Shown in pieces: positions 63,049 through 64,000 of a DNA stretch of 64,000 bases. A program made the position numbers and the translations under genes. Under the pieces are notes generated by a model. That model did not search any database. It had not been told where the DNA came from and saw nothing but the letters and a program-made list of their open reading frames with translations. Source of the DNA: Octopus vulgaris (Eukaryota); the NCBI GenBank assembly GCA_951406725.2, contig OX597821.1, forward strand, positions 49,104,001 through 49,168,000, in the 5' to 3' direction. Within the stretch, counting starts at the first letter, position 1. Each line of letters opens with the position of its first letter.

Positions 63049-63898
63049 TATGTACGTGTATGTGTGTGGGGGGTATTATACAATATAACAATTGTATGTA
63101 TTTTATACACCAAATGGAAGTAAATATATTTTCTTCTTCATGTACATAATGCACAGTACAATCTGTTTTCAGCATCATAAGATGTGTTGGAGTAAACGAC
63201 AAGGTACCTTGTTAGATATTTATAGATTTACTTAAACCCCATCTAAATTTGAATAATAAACTTGATGTTAAATTGTATTTAGAGTCGACTCCTTTTTCTG
63301 CACACTAAAACCTGTGAGATGAATTTAGGAGCTTTCCACATCATATGATATGATTGTAACAGGAAACATTGGCAGTTTTCCCACATCAGATAATTTTGGC
63401 AATTTCCTACATTATATGACCTGAAGGTAGCAAAGAACATTTTCATAAACTAAGAGCTTTCTTCTGTAAATATTTTCTAATCACCATGTGGCATTTTTTG
63501 AATGAAAAGCTATGTATTTATAAGCTAAATTCAACCTCATCTTCATGAGGCGGTGATGTTTGTCAAAACTTGATCTTGTTTCAGATTAGTCTAATCTATG
63601 ACTCACTTGTTGATCTGTGATTATATCAATTTTATGTCATGAAAATTATACACTGCCTTTGTACCCAATCTGTTCTTGTTATGCCTTCCTTACAGCACAT
63701 CTTCCTAACACTCAACCCTCCATTACACTTCTAGCTAAGGCACTATTTAACAGCTAGAGTTAAATGAAACAGAATTCCATATATTTCATCCTTTTTTGTG
63801 CCACCTGCTTCTTGGGAGCTCTTTCTGTCAACGTTCCTTATTCTAAATATCATTCCTTCCCACTTTCCATCAAACAATCCTTTCTGTACTTCCAGTTA

Positions 63899-63969
<71 letters not shown>

Positions 63970-63980
63970 TCTCTTTCTCT
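63899..63980. repeat. (CT)n microsatellite followed by (ATC)n
   Basis: Directly visible. Confidence 0.95.
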
Positions 63981-64000
63981 ATCATCATCATCATCAACAT

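Overview
AT-rich, repeat-dense eukaryotic genomic DNA. The repeat landscape (RTE LINEs with (GAT)n tails, tRNA-derived SINEs, many (TA)n/(CA)n tracts) suggests a cephalopod such as Octopus; this is an inference. The main gene is a complete 13-coding-exon eIF3d (translation initiation factor 3 subunit D) on the minus strand (ATG 53060, stop 19287; 1665 nt, 554 aa; all introns GT-AG and phase-compatible). A terminal exon of a MAM-domain gene lies on the plus strand at 6038-6157 and is absent from the ORF track. The rest is mostly decayed mobile DNA: a nested Gypsy/Penelope/RTE stack, RTE and CR1/L2-like LINEs, mariner, maT, Tc1, pogo/Tigger and piggyBac relics, MITEs and SINEs. The most notable observations are several distinct hammerhead-ribozyme-like motifs in Penelope-type termini sitting in (TA)n tracts, a 29-bp intronic hairpin whose only imperfections are G:U (plus) or A:C (minus), long fold-back structures in eIF3d introns, a recurring double-tailed RTE insertion architecture, and a PHD-type finger embedded in the RTE reverse transcriptase. 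All calls were made by eye; no searches were run and repeat boundaries are approximate.
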